Shown piece after piece: positions 48,356 to 57,732 of a DNA stretch of 64,000 bases. The DNA is from an uncultured Nitrospiraceae bacterium (GTDB lineage: Bacteria; Nitrospirota; Nitrospiria; Nitrospirales; Nitrospiraceae), in contig CAVSTP010000004.1 in the NCBI GenBank assembly GCA_963730935.1, positions 1,568,001 through 1,632,000 of the forward strand, given 5' to 3'. Under the pieces are notes generated by a model. That model was not told the DNA's origin. It did not search any database and saw nothing but the letters and a program-made list of their open reading frames with translations. Position 1 is the stretch's first letter. Each line of letters begins with the position of its first letter. The position numbers and the translations under genes are program-made.

Positions 48356-48871
48356 ATGCCTCACTCCCCAACGTCGCCGGCACACACCCAAAATCCAACC
48401 GTCCTTGTCGTGGACGATGATGCCGCTACGATCGTGCTCTGCAAAAGAATCCTCGAGCAGGCTGGATACTCCGTGCTCTCAGCTTCAGGGAGTTCAGAAG
48501 CGCTCAAACTCTGCAAAGGGCACCAAGGATCGATTGACCTCTTGGTGACCGATCTGGTGTTGCCCCCGCCTGGATTCTCCTTTGCCTCCAGCGATAATGA
48601 ATTCCCGCATGTCCATGGCCACGAGTTAGCGTCCCGCGCACTCCGCATGCGGACGAATCTGCGCGTGATCCTCATGTCCGGGAACATCGACAATGACTTG
48701 GCCGGATACGGCATCCGGAAAGGCACCCTGCCCTTCCTCTCGAAGCCGTTTGATCCTCCCGCCTTCGTGTCGCTCGTGAAGGAGACGCTGAAGGCGTCTC
48801 CACCGACTCCCGAATCGTTACAGAAGGATCACTCGATAGGGACCAAAGGGGCGGACGAGTGGTTCGATTGA
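48356..48871 (+). CDS. Stand-alone response regulator receiver
   Basis: VLVVDDD, LLVTD, LMSG, FLSKPF. Confidence 0.88.
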   Translation: MPHSPTSPAHTQNPTVLVVDDDAATIVLCKRILEQAGYSVLSASGSSEALKLCKGHQGSIDLLVTDLVLPPPGFSFASSDNEFPHVHGHELASRALRMRTNLRVILMSGNIDNDLAGYGIRKGTLPFLSKPFDPPAFVSLVKETLKASPPTPESLQKDHSIGTKGADEWFD

Positions 48872-48877
48872 GATAAA

Positions 48878-48910
48878 AAGAGGGTGCCATGGGAACCATG
48901 GCACCCTCTT
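48878..48910. terminator. Intrinsic terminator between convergent genes
   Basis: Perfect 15-bp stem AAGAGGGTGCCATGG / CCATGGCACCCTCTT; T-run on the minus strand. Confidence 0.85.
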
Positions 48911-48935
48911 ACCTGTTTTCAATCAGCGTTACAGC

Positions 48936-49277
48936 TTACCAGCGATCGCGCTTCCCGCCAGGACCACGACCTCCACCGCCACCGCCACCGAACCCGCCGC
49001 GGCCGCCGCCTCCTCCGCCAGTACGCGGCTCCTGGGGACGCGCTTCATTCACCGTCAACGTGCGGCCGCCCATATCTGAGCCGTTCAGCGCCGTAATCGC
49101 AGCCTGCGCCTCGGAATCCGAGGACATCTCCACGAATCCAAATCCTCGGGACTGTCCCGTGAACTTGTCCGTGATGATCCGCGCAGAAGCCACCGCCCCA
49201 TGTGCGCCGAACAAATCGCTCAATTGCTGCTCGGTCGCCGAATAGGGCAACCCACCGACGTAAATCTTCGAACCCAT
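48936..49277 (-). CDS. RRM (RNP-1) RNA-binding protein with a Gly-rich tail
   Basis: KIYVGGL (RNP2), RGFGFVEM (RNP1), VNEARP; RBS AAGGAGG. Confidence 0.95.
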   Translation of the reverse strand: MGSKIYVGGLPYSATEQQLSDLFGAHGAVASARIITDKFTGQSRGFGFVEMSSDSEAQAAITALNGSDMGGRTLTVNEARPQEPRTGGGGGGRGGFGGGGGGGRGPGGKRDRW

Positions 49278-49536
49278 GTGGGGTTCCTCCTTTGAATATG
49301 ACATTGTCTTGAACACGAGGAACGGGGGAAGGAGCGGGCCGAAGACGCGAGACATGCGGCGACTTGGGTCTGACTTCCGACGAGATTCCCGGACAAGGCA
49401 ACATCCATGTTGCGGGCCTTACTTTCTTTAGTGAACTCGCTTCCTCGCGAGGCCCGTACGAAGAAGCCCTTCAACCCTAGCACAGGGGGTGGTGGATTAC
49501 AACCGGACACATGGGGAGAAGCCCCGCAAGCCGTTG

Positions 49537-50328
49537 TCATTCCCCGACCCTCACCAACGAGCCCTGTACTTTGCAATAGGCAAACGTCTTGTAAAACAGT
49601 AGGACGGCTCCGATCAACAAGGCGCCGTTGAGTGCGCCTGCCCACGCGAGATGTGCAAGCGGGGCGCCGGTGCCATTGAGCACGGCCCGCATGCCTTCGA
49701 AGACATGCGCCGCGGGGTTGATCCAGGCCACCGCTTGAAGCCACAAGGGCAGAACCTCCAGGGGGTAAAAGACGCAGGAAATGGGCTGGAACAGAAAGAC
49801 CAGGCTCCAAGCAAGAATTTCCGCCTCCTGACCGAACCGCATGATCAGTGAGGTCGTCAGGACCCCGATAATCCACCCGGTAACCACGAGATTCACCACG
49901 AACGGCAGCAACCACAGGCCCATGACCAGCACATTATAGTCGTAGAACAGCCAGGCGCAGATGCCCATCACGAACGACACGCAGGTGACTTTGAAGATGC
50001 TCATCGCGATCGTCGACGCGAGGAATTCGGCGGGTGTCAGTGGACTCGCAAAGAGGTTCATGAGATTTCTCGCCCACAATTCCTCGAGAAACGAGATCGT
50101 GATGCCTTGCTGCGAACGAAACAGCATGTCCCATAGGATCAAGGCGCCCAGAAAGAAGGTCACGAACCCTGGCACCTGAGGCTGGTATTTCACGAGGTAC
50201 ATGGTGATGAATCCCCAGATCACGAGATCCAAAAAAGGCCAATAGAAAATCTCCATGATCCGGGGCAAGCTCCGCCGGTAGAGGTAGAGATGACGGGCCA
50301 CCATGGCGCTCACGCGATGATATTTCAT
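49537..50328 (-). CDS. ABC-2 type transporter permease
   Basis: Six TM helices; NLFASPL, VFYPLEVLP, NPAAHVFEGMR. Confidence 0.88.
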   Translation of the reverse strand: MKYHRVSAMVARHLYLYRRSLPRIMEIFYWPFLDLVIWGFITMYLVKYQPQVPGFVTFFLGALILWDMLFRSQQGITISFLEELWARNLMNLFASPLTPAEFLASTIAMSIFKVTCVSFVMGICAWLFYDYNVLVMGLWLLPFVVNLVVTGWIIGVLTTSLIMRFGQEAEILAWSLVFLFQPISCVFYPLEVLPLWLQAVAWINPAAHVFEGMRAVLNGTGAPLAHLAWAGALNGALLIGAVLLFYKTFAYCKVQGSLVRVGE

Positions 50329-50744
50329 GGGCACCCTCCGGCTCTGTCAGCACTATGATTATGGTCACAGCCTCCGCACGCGTGATGCGTTCCCAGCAGC
50401 TCGTCCCTCAGGTGACGGATGCCTTCGACCATATGGAGGCCGACCCGGCGTCCGTCTGGTGCCTTTCGGAGGCCGAGACCGGTCAACAGCAGCGGCAGCA
50501 CAAAGAGTCCCGCCACGAAGGCGATATTGGGCGAAAAGGCTTCCGCCCTCAGCCACCATACACCCCACCCAAGCACCAGAGGGCTGATTCCCACAACAAG
50601 ACTATTCATCACCACGCGCAGGCTGCACGCGCCACGCGCCAGTCCGACCGTGCCGATGATGAGCCAGAGCCAGCCCCAGCATGTGCTGAGCGCCAACCCA
50701 CCGATCATTACCCCCATGCCAAAGTCAATGATGCTGTACTGCAT
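50325..50744 (-). CDS. Small membrane protein with a His/Cys-rich C-terminus
   Basis: Three TM helices; ends THHACGGCDHNHSADRAGGCP; stop overlaps the permease ATG. Confidence 0.65.
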   Translation of the reverse strand: MQYSIIDFGMGVMIGGLALSTCWGWLWLIIGTVGLARGACSLRVVMNSLVVGISPLVLGWGVWWLRAEAFSPNIAFVAGLFVLPLLLTGLGLRKAPDGRRVGLHMVEGIRHLRDELLGTHHACGGCDHNHSADRAGGCP

Positions 50745-50755
50745 GCGGCTCTCCG

Positions 50756-51496
50756 TCAGGCCGTCTCACGTGACTCCCGGGCGAGTTTAAGAAAGACCTC
50801 TTCAAGATCAGCCTGGCCGAAGCGAGCGACGATTTCCCTCGCCGTGCCTTCGGCCACGATCTTTCCACGTTGGAGAAAGATAATACGATCCGACATCTCT
50901 TCCATTTCACGCATGTTATGGGAGGTATAAAGAATGCTGAGTCCGGCCGAGCGCCGCTCCTCTTTCAGCAGGGCGCGGATTTTGTGAGCGATGTCTGGAT
51001 CGAGGCTGGCCGTGGGCTCATCCAAAAAGAGGATTTTCGGCTCCGTGAGAAAGGCCTTGGCGAGTGTCAATCGCGTCATCTGACCGGAAGACAGCTTTCG
51101 CGTGATCTTCTGCCGAAAATCTTCCATTTCCAGCTTCTTGACGATCTCGTCGACCCGGCGCTTGATGTCGGAGAGGCCATACAGTCGCGCGACCACCCAG
51201 AGATTTTCGTCGACAGTGAGCGCGAGCGGCATGGAAATATAGGTCGAGGAAAAATTCACCGCCTGTAGGATTTGCTCGCGGTGCGTCGCAAGATCCATCC
51301 CGAATACCTCGATGGATCCGGCGGTGGGCGTGATGAGACCAAGCAACATGTGAATTGTCGTCGTCTTTCCCGCGCCATTCGGGCCCAATAACCCAAGGAT
51401 CTCCCCGGGCCGGATGACAAAGGACACGTCATCGACAGCGGTAAAATCGCCGAACTGTTTTCGCAAGTGGCTGACTTGCAATACGGGTGTCGTCAT
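50756..51496 (-). CDS. ABC transporter ATP-binding protein
   Basis: GPNGAGKTT, LSSGQ, LFLDEPT, SH. Confidence 0.93.
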   Translation of the reverse strand: MTTPVLQVSHLRKQFGDFTAVDDVSFVIRPGEILGLLGPNGAGKTTTIHMLLGLITPTAGSIEVFGMDLATHREQILQAVNFSSTYISMPLALTVDENLWVVARLYGLSDIKRRVDEIVKKLEMEDFRQKITRKLSSGQMTRLTLAKAFLTEPKILFLDEPTASLDPDIAHKIRALLKEERRSAGLSILYTSHNMREMEEMSDRIIFLQRGKIVAEGTAREIVARFGQADLEEVFLKLARESRETA

Positions 51497-51512
51497 AGGG
51501 GATGGGGTACGT

Positions 51513-52220
51513 TCAAAATGACAAGAAGTCTTTGATCTTCTCCGGTAGATGGCAGGTCTCACATTTGCGATCCACGACCTTGCCTCGATGTTCGGTTTTG
51601 CCGTCATGACAGCGGAAGCAGTCGTCGAGGGCCCTGGTGCGAAGATGTGATCCTTCCGGATAGTCCGGGTTCCACGGTTTCGTGTCGGCGGACACGTGTC
51701 CCCGTGGTATGACGATGGGATAGCCCTTGATCGGCCGATCGTGCACCACCCCCGAATGGCAGGTAGTACAACCCTCTCCTTGATTCCGTAGCCCGAACGC
51801 CTCCATGTGCTTTCGATGACTCATGATGAGACCGACGTCCTTCAATGGCGCGGGAAGATCCCTCGGCGCCACTTCCGATGTGCGCAGAATATGCTGGTGA
51901 CAACTGAGACAGACGTTGGAGTCCACCTTGGCTCTCAGGTTATGCGACTCGGTCGGCGTACCGAACAGATAGATGGCGAGGTCTTTCGTTCCCGCCCATG
52001 CCTTGTCATGGATCCAGCCTTCCACCCCTGGTCGCACATGGCAAGCCACACACGTCACCTCTTTATGCGAAGACCTCGCCCAACTGTCGTGCGATGGGGT
52101 GATCGTGTGGCAACTGGCACAGAGTTTCGGATGGTCGGTCAGGGGGACGGCGACTGCACCCAGCACCATGGCTCCGGCGGCTAGAACCAGGACAATGGTG
52201 GTTCTAGACGTCCAGTTCAT
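51513..52220 (-). CDS. NapC/NirT-like multiheme cytochrome c (6 CxxCH)
   Basis: N-terminal anchor; CASCH, CVACH, CLSCH, CTTCH, CFRCH, CETCH. Confidence 0.88.
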   Translation of the reverse strand: MNWTSRTTIVLVLAAGAMVLGAVAVPLTDHPKLCASCHTITPSHDSWARSSHKEVTCVACHVRPGVEGWIHDKAWAGTKDLAIYLFGTPTESHNLRAKVDSNVCLSCHQHILRTSEVAPRDLPAPLKDVGLIMSHRKHMEAFGLRNQGEGCTTCHSGVVHDRPIKGYPIVIPRGHVSADTKPWNPDYPEGSHLRTRALDDCFRCHDGKTEHRGKVVDRKCETCHLPEKIKDFLSF

Positions 52221-52728
52221 GCTCCCCGCGAACACGTCGCAGAGGAAAATGCTTCATGATGAGCGCCGCCACAGCCGGAACGTCATTGAGATCGAAGCGG
52301 GGCACGTGCAAGTCGATTGGTTTGTCGGACACCACCGCCAGCAAGCCCTCTGGGAATATCGGAATCTCCCCGACCTCCTCGCGAATGATCACAATTTTCG
52401 GGTACCCCTGGTGCTTCCAGCCCTCGGCAATGATCAAGTCATAGGAGCCGTCCAAGAAGCGGTCTCGAATGTCTTCCACGTTAAGCTGATCCGATACGTC
52501 CGCAAACATGGCCACGCTGCTCTTCGAGAGGATCACCACGCTGCTCGCACCGGCTTGCTTATGGCGCCAACTGTCTTTGCCTTCCGTATCCAGATCGAAC
52601 CCGTGTCCGGCATGCTTGACAGTGGCGATTTTGTACCCCGCGCGGACGAGTTCCGGAATCACCCGTTCGATGAAGGTCGTCTTGCCGCTGTTCGACTTTC
52701 CCACAAAACAGACGATCGGCACGGCCAT
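52204..52728 (-). CDS. mobB: Molybdopterin-guanine dinucleotide biosynthesis protein B
   Basis: GKSNSGKTT, VKHAGHGFDLD..GKDS, AEGWK. Confidence 0.93.
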   Translation of the reverse strand: MAVPIVCFVGKSNSGKTTFIERVIPELVRAGYKIATVKHAGHGFDLDTEGKDSWRHKQAGASSVVILSKSSVAMFADVSDQLNVEDIRDRFLDGSYDLIIAEGWKHQGYPKIVIIREEVGEIPIFPEGLLAVVSDKPIDLHVPRFDLNDVPAVAALIMKHFPLRRVRGEHELDV

Positions 52729-52741
52729 CAATACATTCCTC

Positions 52742-54040
52742 TCAGCAGCAGGACAGACGGTGAGGGCCGGTTTGACTCGGTTCGGACTGGTTCGTCCACC
52801 CTTCTCCACTGAGCAATTGGACGGTCACCAGATCGCCCGGGTTGAGACGTTCTACCTCGGCCGCCACATCAATGAGGCAGTTCGCCTTGACCATGGACGT
52901 GAGAATGCCGGAGCCTTGATCCCCAGTCGTGTGTACCTTGAAGGTGCCGGCTTCCTGCGTCAGCACCCCCCGAAGAAAATGCCGGCGATCAGGCCGTTTG
53001 GAAAACTTTTCCTGGAACACGGCCTGCACCACCGGACGGCCGTAGCTTCGATGCCCGCTCATCTTGAGCATCGCCGGACGCACCAGTTGCTCGAACGTCA
53101 CCATGGAAGAGACCGGATTGCCGGGCAATCCAAAGGCTAACTTGCCCTGGATTTTCCCGAAGGCCAGCGGCTGCCCCGGCTTGATGGCCAGTTTCCAGAA
53201 ATTCATCTCAGCGCCGAGATCGCGGAATACCGCCTTCGTGAAATCATAATCGCCCATCGAGACGCCGCCCGAGAGCACCAAGATATCGGCGGTCAGGCCG
53301 TGAGAAATCTTTTCTTTCAACGCCGTGGGCGTATCCTTGGCGATGCCGAGAAGGAACGGAATGCCGCCCGCATCCTGGACAGCGGCGGCAAGGCCGTAGC
53401 TATTCGAGTTGATGATTTTTTCTTCGCTGAACCGCTCGTCGAGATCTGCCAACTCGTCGCCCGTCGACAGAATCGCCACGCGTGGCCGTTGATAGGCAAA
53501 GACAAACGATTTAGCGAGAATCGCCAGCATCCCCGCTTCGCCGGGTCTGATGCGTGTGCCCTTCGCGATAATCCGCTCCCCTTTCTTGACGTCCTCGCCC
53601 TGGGGACGGATGTTGGCGCCTCTCTGTTCCGGCTTGAAGACGCGAACGGAATCCGGCTGATGCTCCGTATCTTCGACTTTCAGCACGGTGTCCGCCCCTT
53701 TGGGAATCGGCGCACCGGTCATGATGCGGATCGCCTGACCTGGGCCGACCGTCTTCGTCGGCATCTTGCCGGCCGGCACGTCCTCGATCACCGTGAGCGT
53801 CACCGGTTTTTGGATCTCGTGTTCCTGCTTGATGTCCTCCCAACGCACAGCAAACCCGTCCATGGCGCTGTTATCCCAGGGCGGATTGTCCCGTTCGACG
53901 ATGATGTCTTCACCGAGCACGCGTCCCAAGGCATCCAGCAAGGGAATCTTTTCCAGCCCGAGCACAGGGGTGGCGTCCAAGACAATCCTTTGAGCCTCCT
54001 CGAGAGGCGTCAAGCCGGCCATGGCATCCTTGGCTTTCAT
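52742..54040 (-). CDS. moeA: Molybdopterin molybdotransferase
   Basis: SAMDGFA, IMTGA, STGDEL, SGGVSMGDYD, LPGNPVS. Confidence 0.95.
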   Translation of the reverse strand: MKAKDAMAGLTPLEEAQRIVLDATPVLGLEKIPLLDALGRVLGEDIIVERDNPPWDNSAMDGFAVRWEDIKQEHEIQKPVTLTVIEDVPAGKMPTKTVGPGQAIRIMTGAPIPKGADTVLKVEDTEHQPDSVRVFKPEQRGANIRPQGEDVKKGERIIAKGTRIRPGEAGMLAILAKSFVFAYQRPRVAILSTGDELADLDERFSEEKIINSNSYGLAAAVQDAGGIPFLLGIAKDTPTALKEKISHGLTADILVLSGGVSMGDYDFTKAVFRDLGAEMNFWKLAIKPGQPLAFGKIQGKLAFGLPGNPVSSMVTFEQLVRPAMLKMSGHRSYGRPVVQAVFQEKFSKRPDRRHFLRGVLTQEAGTFKVHTTGDQGSGILTSMVKANCLIDVAAEVERLNPGDLVTVQLLSGEGWTNQSEPSQTGPHRLSCC

Positions 54041-54049
54041 CGTTGCGGT

Positions 54050-55003
54050 CTACCGGTGTTGGCGGGGAGCCACGTTCACGAGGGACCCGCTTTTCTTGCA
54101 GAAGGCTTCCACCTTATTGGCGATCTCGTGATACGCCTCGGCCGTTGGTGTATCAGAATTGAACATGGCGAACGGCTCGCCGGCATCCGACTGGGTGACC
54201 ACATCCGGGTCGAGCGGAATCCGCCCGAGGAAGGGCACCCCCATGTCCATCGCCGAGGCTTCTCCGCCGCCCTTCCGAAACACCTCAATTTGCTGGTGAC
54301 AATGAGGACATTCGAGCCCGCTCATGTTCTCCACGATGCCGATGATCGGTACTTCGCTGTCTTTGCAAAACGTCACCGACTTGCGCGAATCCAGCAGCGC
54401 AACCTCTTGCGGGGTCGTGATGATGACGGCACCGCTGACGTTACCCAACAAGTCGATGGTCGTCACCGATTCGTTTCCAGTTCCGGGGGGCAGATCGATC
54501 AAGAGGAAGTTCAGGTCCTGCCATTCGACTCCGCCCAACAGCTGGTTGATGAACTCGTATTTGTAGGCGTCACGCCAGATGATGGGATCATCGGGATTCT
54601 GCAGCAGAAACGACATGGAAGCGATCTTGAGGTTGTAGGCTTGAAACGGAATGATGCCGCCTGAAGTGCTGATCTTGAGCTTTTGTCCTTCGGCACCGAC
54701 CATCTTCGGGATGTTGGGACCGTGAATGTCCATGTCGCAAATACCGACATGCCATCCCTTGAGCGCCAGACTGACGGCGAGATTCGTCGTGCAGGTGCTC
54801 TTTCCCACCCCGCCCTTGTTGCTCATGATGAGGACTTTGTACTCGATCCGCTCCATCCGCTTGGCGACCAGCCATCGGCTGTGCCCTTCCTTATCCTTCT
54901 GACACGATTCGTTCTCGTCGCAAATCGCACAGGCCCACATGTACGTGCAGGCATCGCTGCCGCCGGACGTCGGCGTGGAGATCACATTGAGTTCGCGAGG
55001 CAT
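54050..55003 (-). CDS. Mrp/ApbC/Nbp35 Fe-S carrier ATPase
   Basis: KGGVGKS, DLPPGTG, TTPQ, ENMS..CPHC; extra N-terminal C-x5-C-x2-C-x5-C. Confidence 0.92.
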   Translation of the reverse strand: MPRELNVISTPTSGGSDACTYMWACAICDENESCQKDKEGHSRWLVAKRMERIEYKVLIMSNKGGVGKSTCTTNLAVSLALKGWHVGICDMDIHGPNIPKMVGAEGQKLKISTSGGIIPFQAYNLKIASMSFLLQNPDDPIIWRDAYKYEFINQLLGGVEWQDLNFLLIDLPPGTGNESVTTIDLLGNVSGAVIITTPQEVALLDSRKSVTFCKDSEVPIIGIVENMSGLECPHCHQQIEVFRKGGGEASAMDMGVPFLGRIPLDPDVVTQSDAGEPFAMFNSDTPTAEAYHEIANKVEAFCKKSGSLVNVAPRQHR

Positions 55004-55054
55004 CGTAATCGAACCTTTCTAGCGTTCCTGGCGTTGAATCTGAAGCACTTCCTG

Positions 55055-55978
55055 CTATCGCCGCCTGCCGGCTCCGGTGGGGACACCGAGGTATTCCCCG
55101 TCACTCGCACCCGACATGGCCGGCGCCATGACTTTAGGGCCGACCGGCGCCACGGCAGTGGCCGGCTCTGCCGCCGGTTTCCTGTTGAAGAACCCCGCGC
55201 TGATGATGCCGACCTCATAGAAAATGTACATCGGCAGCGCCATAAGACATTGATTGAAGGGATCCGGAGTGGGGGTCAGAATGGCGGCGACGATGAAGGC
55301 GCCCAACAAGGCCCATTTCCGGTAGCGCTTCAGAAACGGCGCATCAACCCAGCCCAGCTTGGCCATGAGGGTAATGGCCAACGGCACTTCGAAAATCAAT
55401 CCAAACACCATCAAAAACCACAGCGCAAACCCCACGTACTGCGCGATCGACAGCTGTGGAATGAAGCCGGCGCTCACTCCGTACGACACGAGAAAATTCA
55501 GCGCAAACGGCAGGACGAAGAAAAAGGAGAATCCGACGCCAGCATAAAACGCGAGCGTGCTCAATATGACAAACGGCCCAACGAACCGGCGCTCCTGCGC
55601 GTGAAGGCCCGGCACCACAAATTGCCAAACCTCCAGCAGGATGTATGGCGTGGCGAGCACAAGGGCAAACAGGCCGGCCACTTTGACGTTCTGCCAAAGC
55701 GCTTCGGCCGGGGCCAGGAAGACGAACGGCACGGTCGGCAGATCCGTGGGCATCCAGGAGAGAGAACCGGGCACGAACATGTTTTGGAGGGGAATACGCA
55801 GCCACTTGACGAGTGTGTCTGCGTAGAAAAACGTCCCGACGAAGACGACGGCCGTCGCGATGACTGCCCGCGTGAGCCGGACTTGGAGCTCGACCAGATG
55901 CTCCATGACCGGCATTTTCTTATCTTCCAGCGGCTTAAAGACGGAATCTTGCAGCCACCGATTAAAATCGTTCAGCAC
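55055..55978 (-). CDS. tatC: Twin-arginine translocase subunit TatC (start approximate)
   Basis: MPVMEHLVEL, FVVPGL, FEVP, AILTPTPD. Confidence 0.95.
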   Translation of the reverse strand: MLNDFNRWLQDSVFKPLEDKKMPVMEHLVELQVRLTRAVIATAVVFVGTFFYADTLVKWLRIPLQNMFVPGSLSWMPTDLPTVPFVFLAPAEALWQNVKVAGLFALVLATPYILLEVWQFVVPGLHAQERRFVGPFVILSTLAFYAGVGFSFFFVLPFALNFLVSYGVSAGFIPQLSIAQYVGFALWFLMVFGLIFEVPLAITLMAKLGWVDAPFLKRYRKWALLGAFIVAAILTPTPDPFNQCLMALPMYIFYEVGIISAGFFNRKPAAEPATAVAPVGPKVMAPAMSGASDGEYLGVPTGAGRRR

Positions 55979-56044
55979 TGCGCCCCCAGCAGAGTCGCAG
56001 CGCGCAGGTATCACCCGCGCGCTGTCCCGTGATGACTTCGGCGA

Positions 56045-57565
56045 TTATTTCGGATTGACCGCCACGAACAGGTTGTTCCCTTGCCGGCTGAGCAGCAGAA
56101 CGGCCAGCTCCTCTTTTTTGATTTTGTACGCCGCCTTTTGATATTCGTCCAGGTTCTTAACCACTTCATGATTGACTTCTTGAATCACGTCACCACGCTG
56201 AATGCCGGCGGCTTCTGCGGGCCCGCCCGGTTCAACTGCTGACACGACGACGCCGGCGGTCTTGGCCGGAATGTTCAACTGGCTCATCGTGGCATTGTCC
56301 AACGACTGCACCTTGAGCGACGCCAGCACATTGTCGGGCGGCTTGATCGTCTCCCCCTGTTCCTTCGGAGGCGCAGACTCCTTTTTCGCGAGCATTTCGT
56401 CGGAGGGCCGTTCGGCCACCCGCACCGAAAGCGTCTGCTCCTTGCCTTCGCGTAGAATCTTGATCTGCGCGTCCTTGCCCACAACCGTGCGCGCCACCAG
56501 ATTGCGCAACTGACTAACGCTTTGTACCTCTTTCCCGTTGAAGGCCACGACGACGTCCCCGCGTTTGACTCCCGCCGCATGAGACGGACCGTTTTCATTC
56601 ACATCGCTGATCAGCACACCCTTCCGCTGTTCGGGCAGCTTGAAGGACTTCGCGAGTGCGGGCGTAATTTCCTGGATCGCGACCCCCATCCAGCCGCGCA
56701 CGACCTTCCCGGTCTTCTGCAGGCTGTCAACGATATCCAACGCGATGCTGCTCGGAATGGCGAACCCAATCCCTTCAGAGCCGCCTGTCCTCGAAAAAAT
56801 CGCCGTATTGATCCCAATCAAGTCACCGTTCATGTTGACGAGCGCTCCGCCTGAATTGCCGGGATTGATCGCCGCGTCGGTCTGAATGAAATCCTCATAA
56901 TCTGCAATTCCGACATTGCCCCGGCCGAGCGCACTGATAATGCCCAACGTGACCGTCGAGCTCAGGCCGAACGGGCTACCGATGGCGAGCACCAAATCCC
57001 CGACCTGCAGTTTTTCATATTCCGCCCACTTGACGGAGGGAAGATCCTTGGCCTCGATTTTCACGACGGCGAGATCTGTCTTGGGATCTGCGCCGACGAT
57101 TTTGGCCGAAAACTCCCGCCGATCGCTGAGCGTCACCGTAATCTGCGTCGCACCTTCCACGACGTGATTGTTGGTGACGATATAGCCGTTGGGATCGAGG
57201 ATGACGCCGGAACCGGCGCTTTGATCAGGACGTCCGTGAGGACCCGGCGGCGGCATCGGAGGAGGAGTCGGCAGTTCACCGCCTGGCTCATCGCCGGGCG
57301 GGCCACCGGGAGGTCCACCGAACGGACCTGGAGGCAACGGTCGCCTGCCCCGTGCGCCCTCGCTTCCACCGGTTACCGCGATGTTGACGACCGCAGGTGT
57401 CACCTTTTTGACGATTTCAGCGAAGCCCTGCGCCATTGTTGGGGGGACGCCGGCGGCTGTTGCCGACGGATCGCCTGCGAGCGGGTTCAGGGTACAAGCA
57501 AGTGCAAACGCACACACACAACTGGCCAATCCGAGTGCACGACCGTTCTCACTCCACGTTGCCAT
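56045..57565 (-). CDS. DegP/DegQ-type periplasmic serine protease with two PDZ domains
   Basis: GSGVI, TNNHV, QTDAAINPGNSGG; PDZ repeats. Confidence 0.95.
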   Translation of the reverse strand: MATWSENGRALGLASCVCAFALACTLNPLAGDPSATAAGVPPTMAQGFAEIVKKVTPAVVNIAVTGGSEGARGRRPLPPGPFGGPPGGPPGDEPGGELPTPPPMPPPGPHGRPDQSAGSGVILDPNGYIVTNNHVVEGATQITVTLSDRREFSAKIVGADPKTDLAVVKIEAKDLPSVKWAEYEKLQVGDLVLAIGSPFGLSSTVTLGIISALGRGNVGIADYEDFIQTDAAINPGNSGGALVNMNGDLIGINTAIFSRTGGSEGIGFAIPSSIALDIVDSLQKTGKVVRGWMGVAIQEITPALAKSFKLPEQRKGVLISDVNENGPSHAAGVKRGDVVVAFNGKEVQSVSQLRNLVARTVVGKDAQIKILREGKEQTLSVRVAERPSDEMLAKKESAPPKEQGETIKPPDNVLASLKVQSLDNATMSQLNIPAKTAGVVVSAVEPGGPAEAAGIQRGDVIQEVNHEVVKNLDEYQKAAYKIKKEELAVLLLSRQGNNLFVAVNPK

Positions 57566-57732
57566 GACCGTATTCCTCCGGAGGGTTTATACAAGTTCCT
57601 TAATATTATTGGGATGAACGACTCATTGTACACTATCCATTCCGAGGCCTTCAAAGAGTAATCGTCCCCTTCGGGTCCGCAAGCCACCCGAAAGGGACGA
57701 CCACGACGAACTGCTATGATCGACGATCCAGG

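Noticed and set aside
48960..49020. CCG/CCA-rich low-complexity repeat
   Set aside because: It encodes the ordinary Gly-rich tail of the RRM protein.
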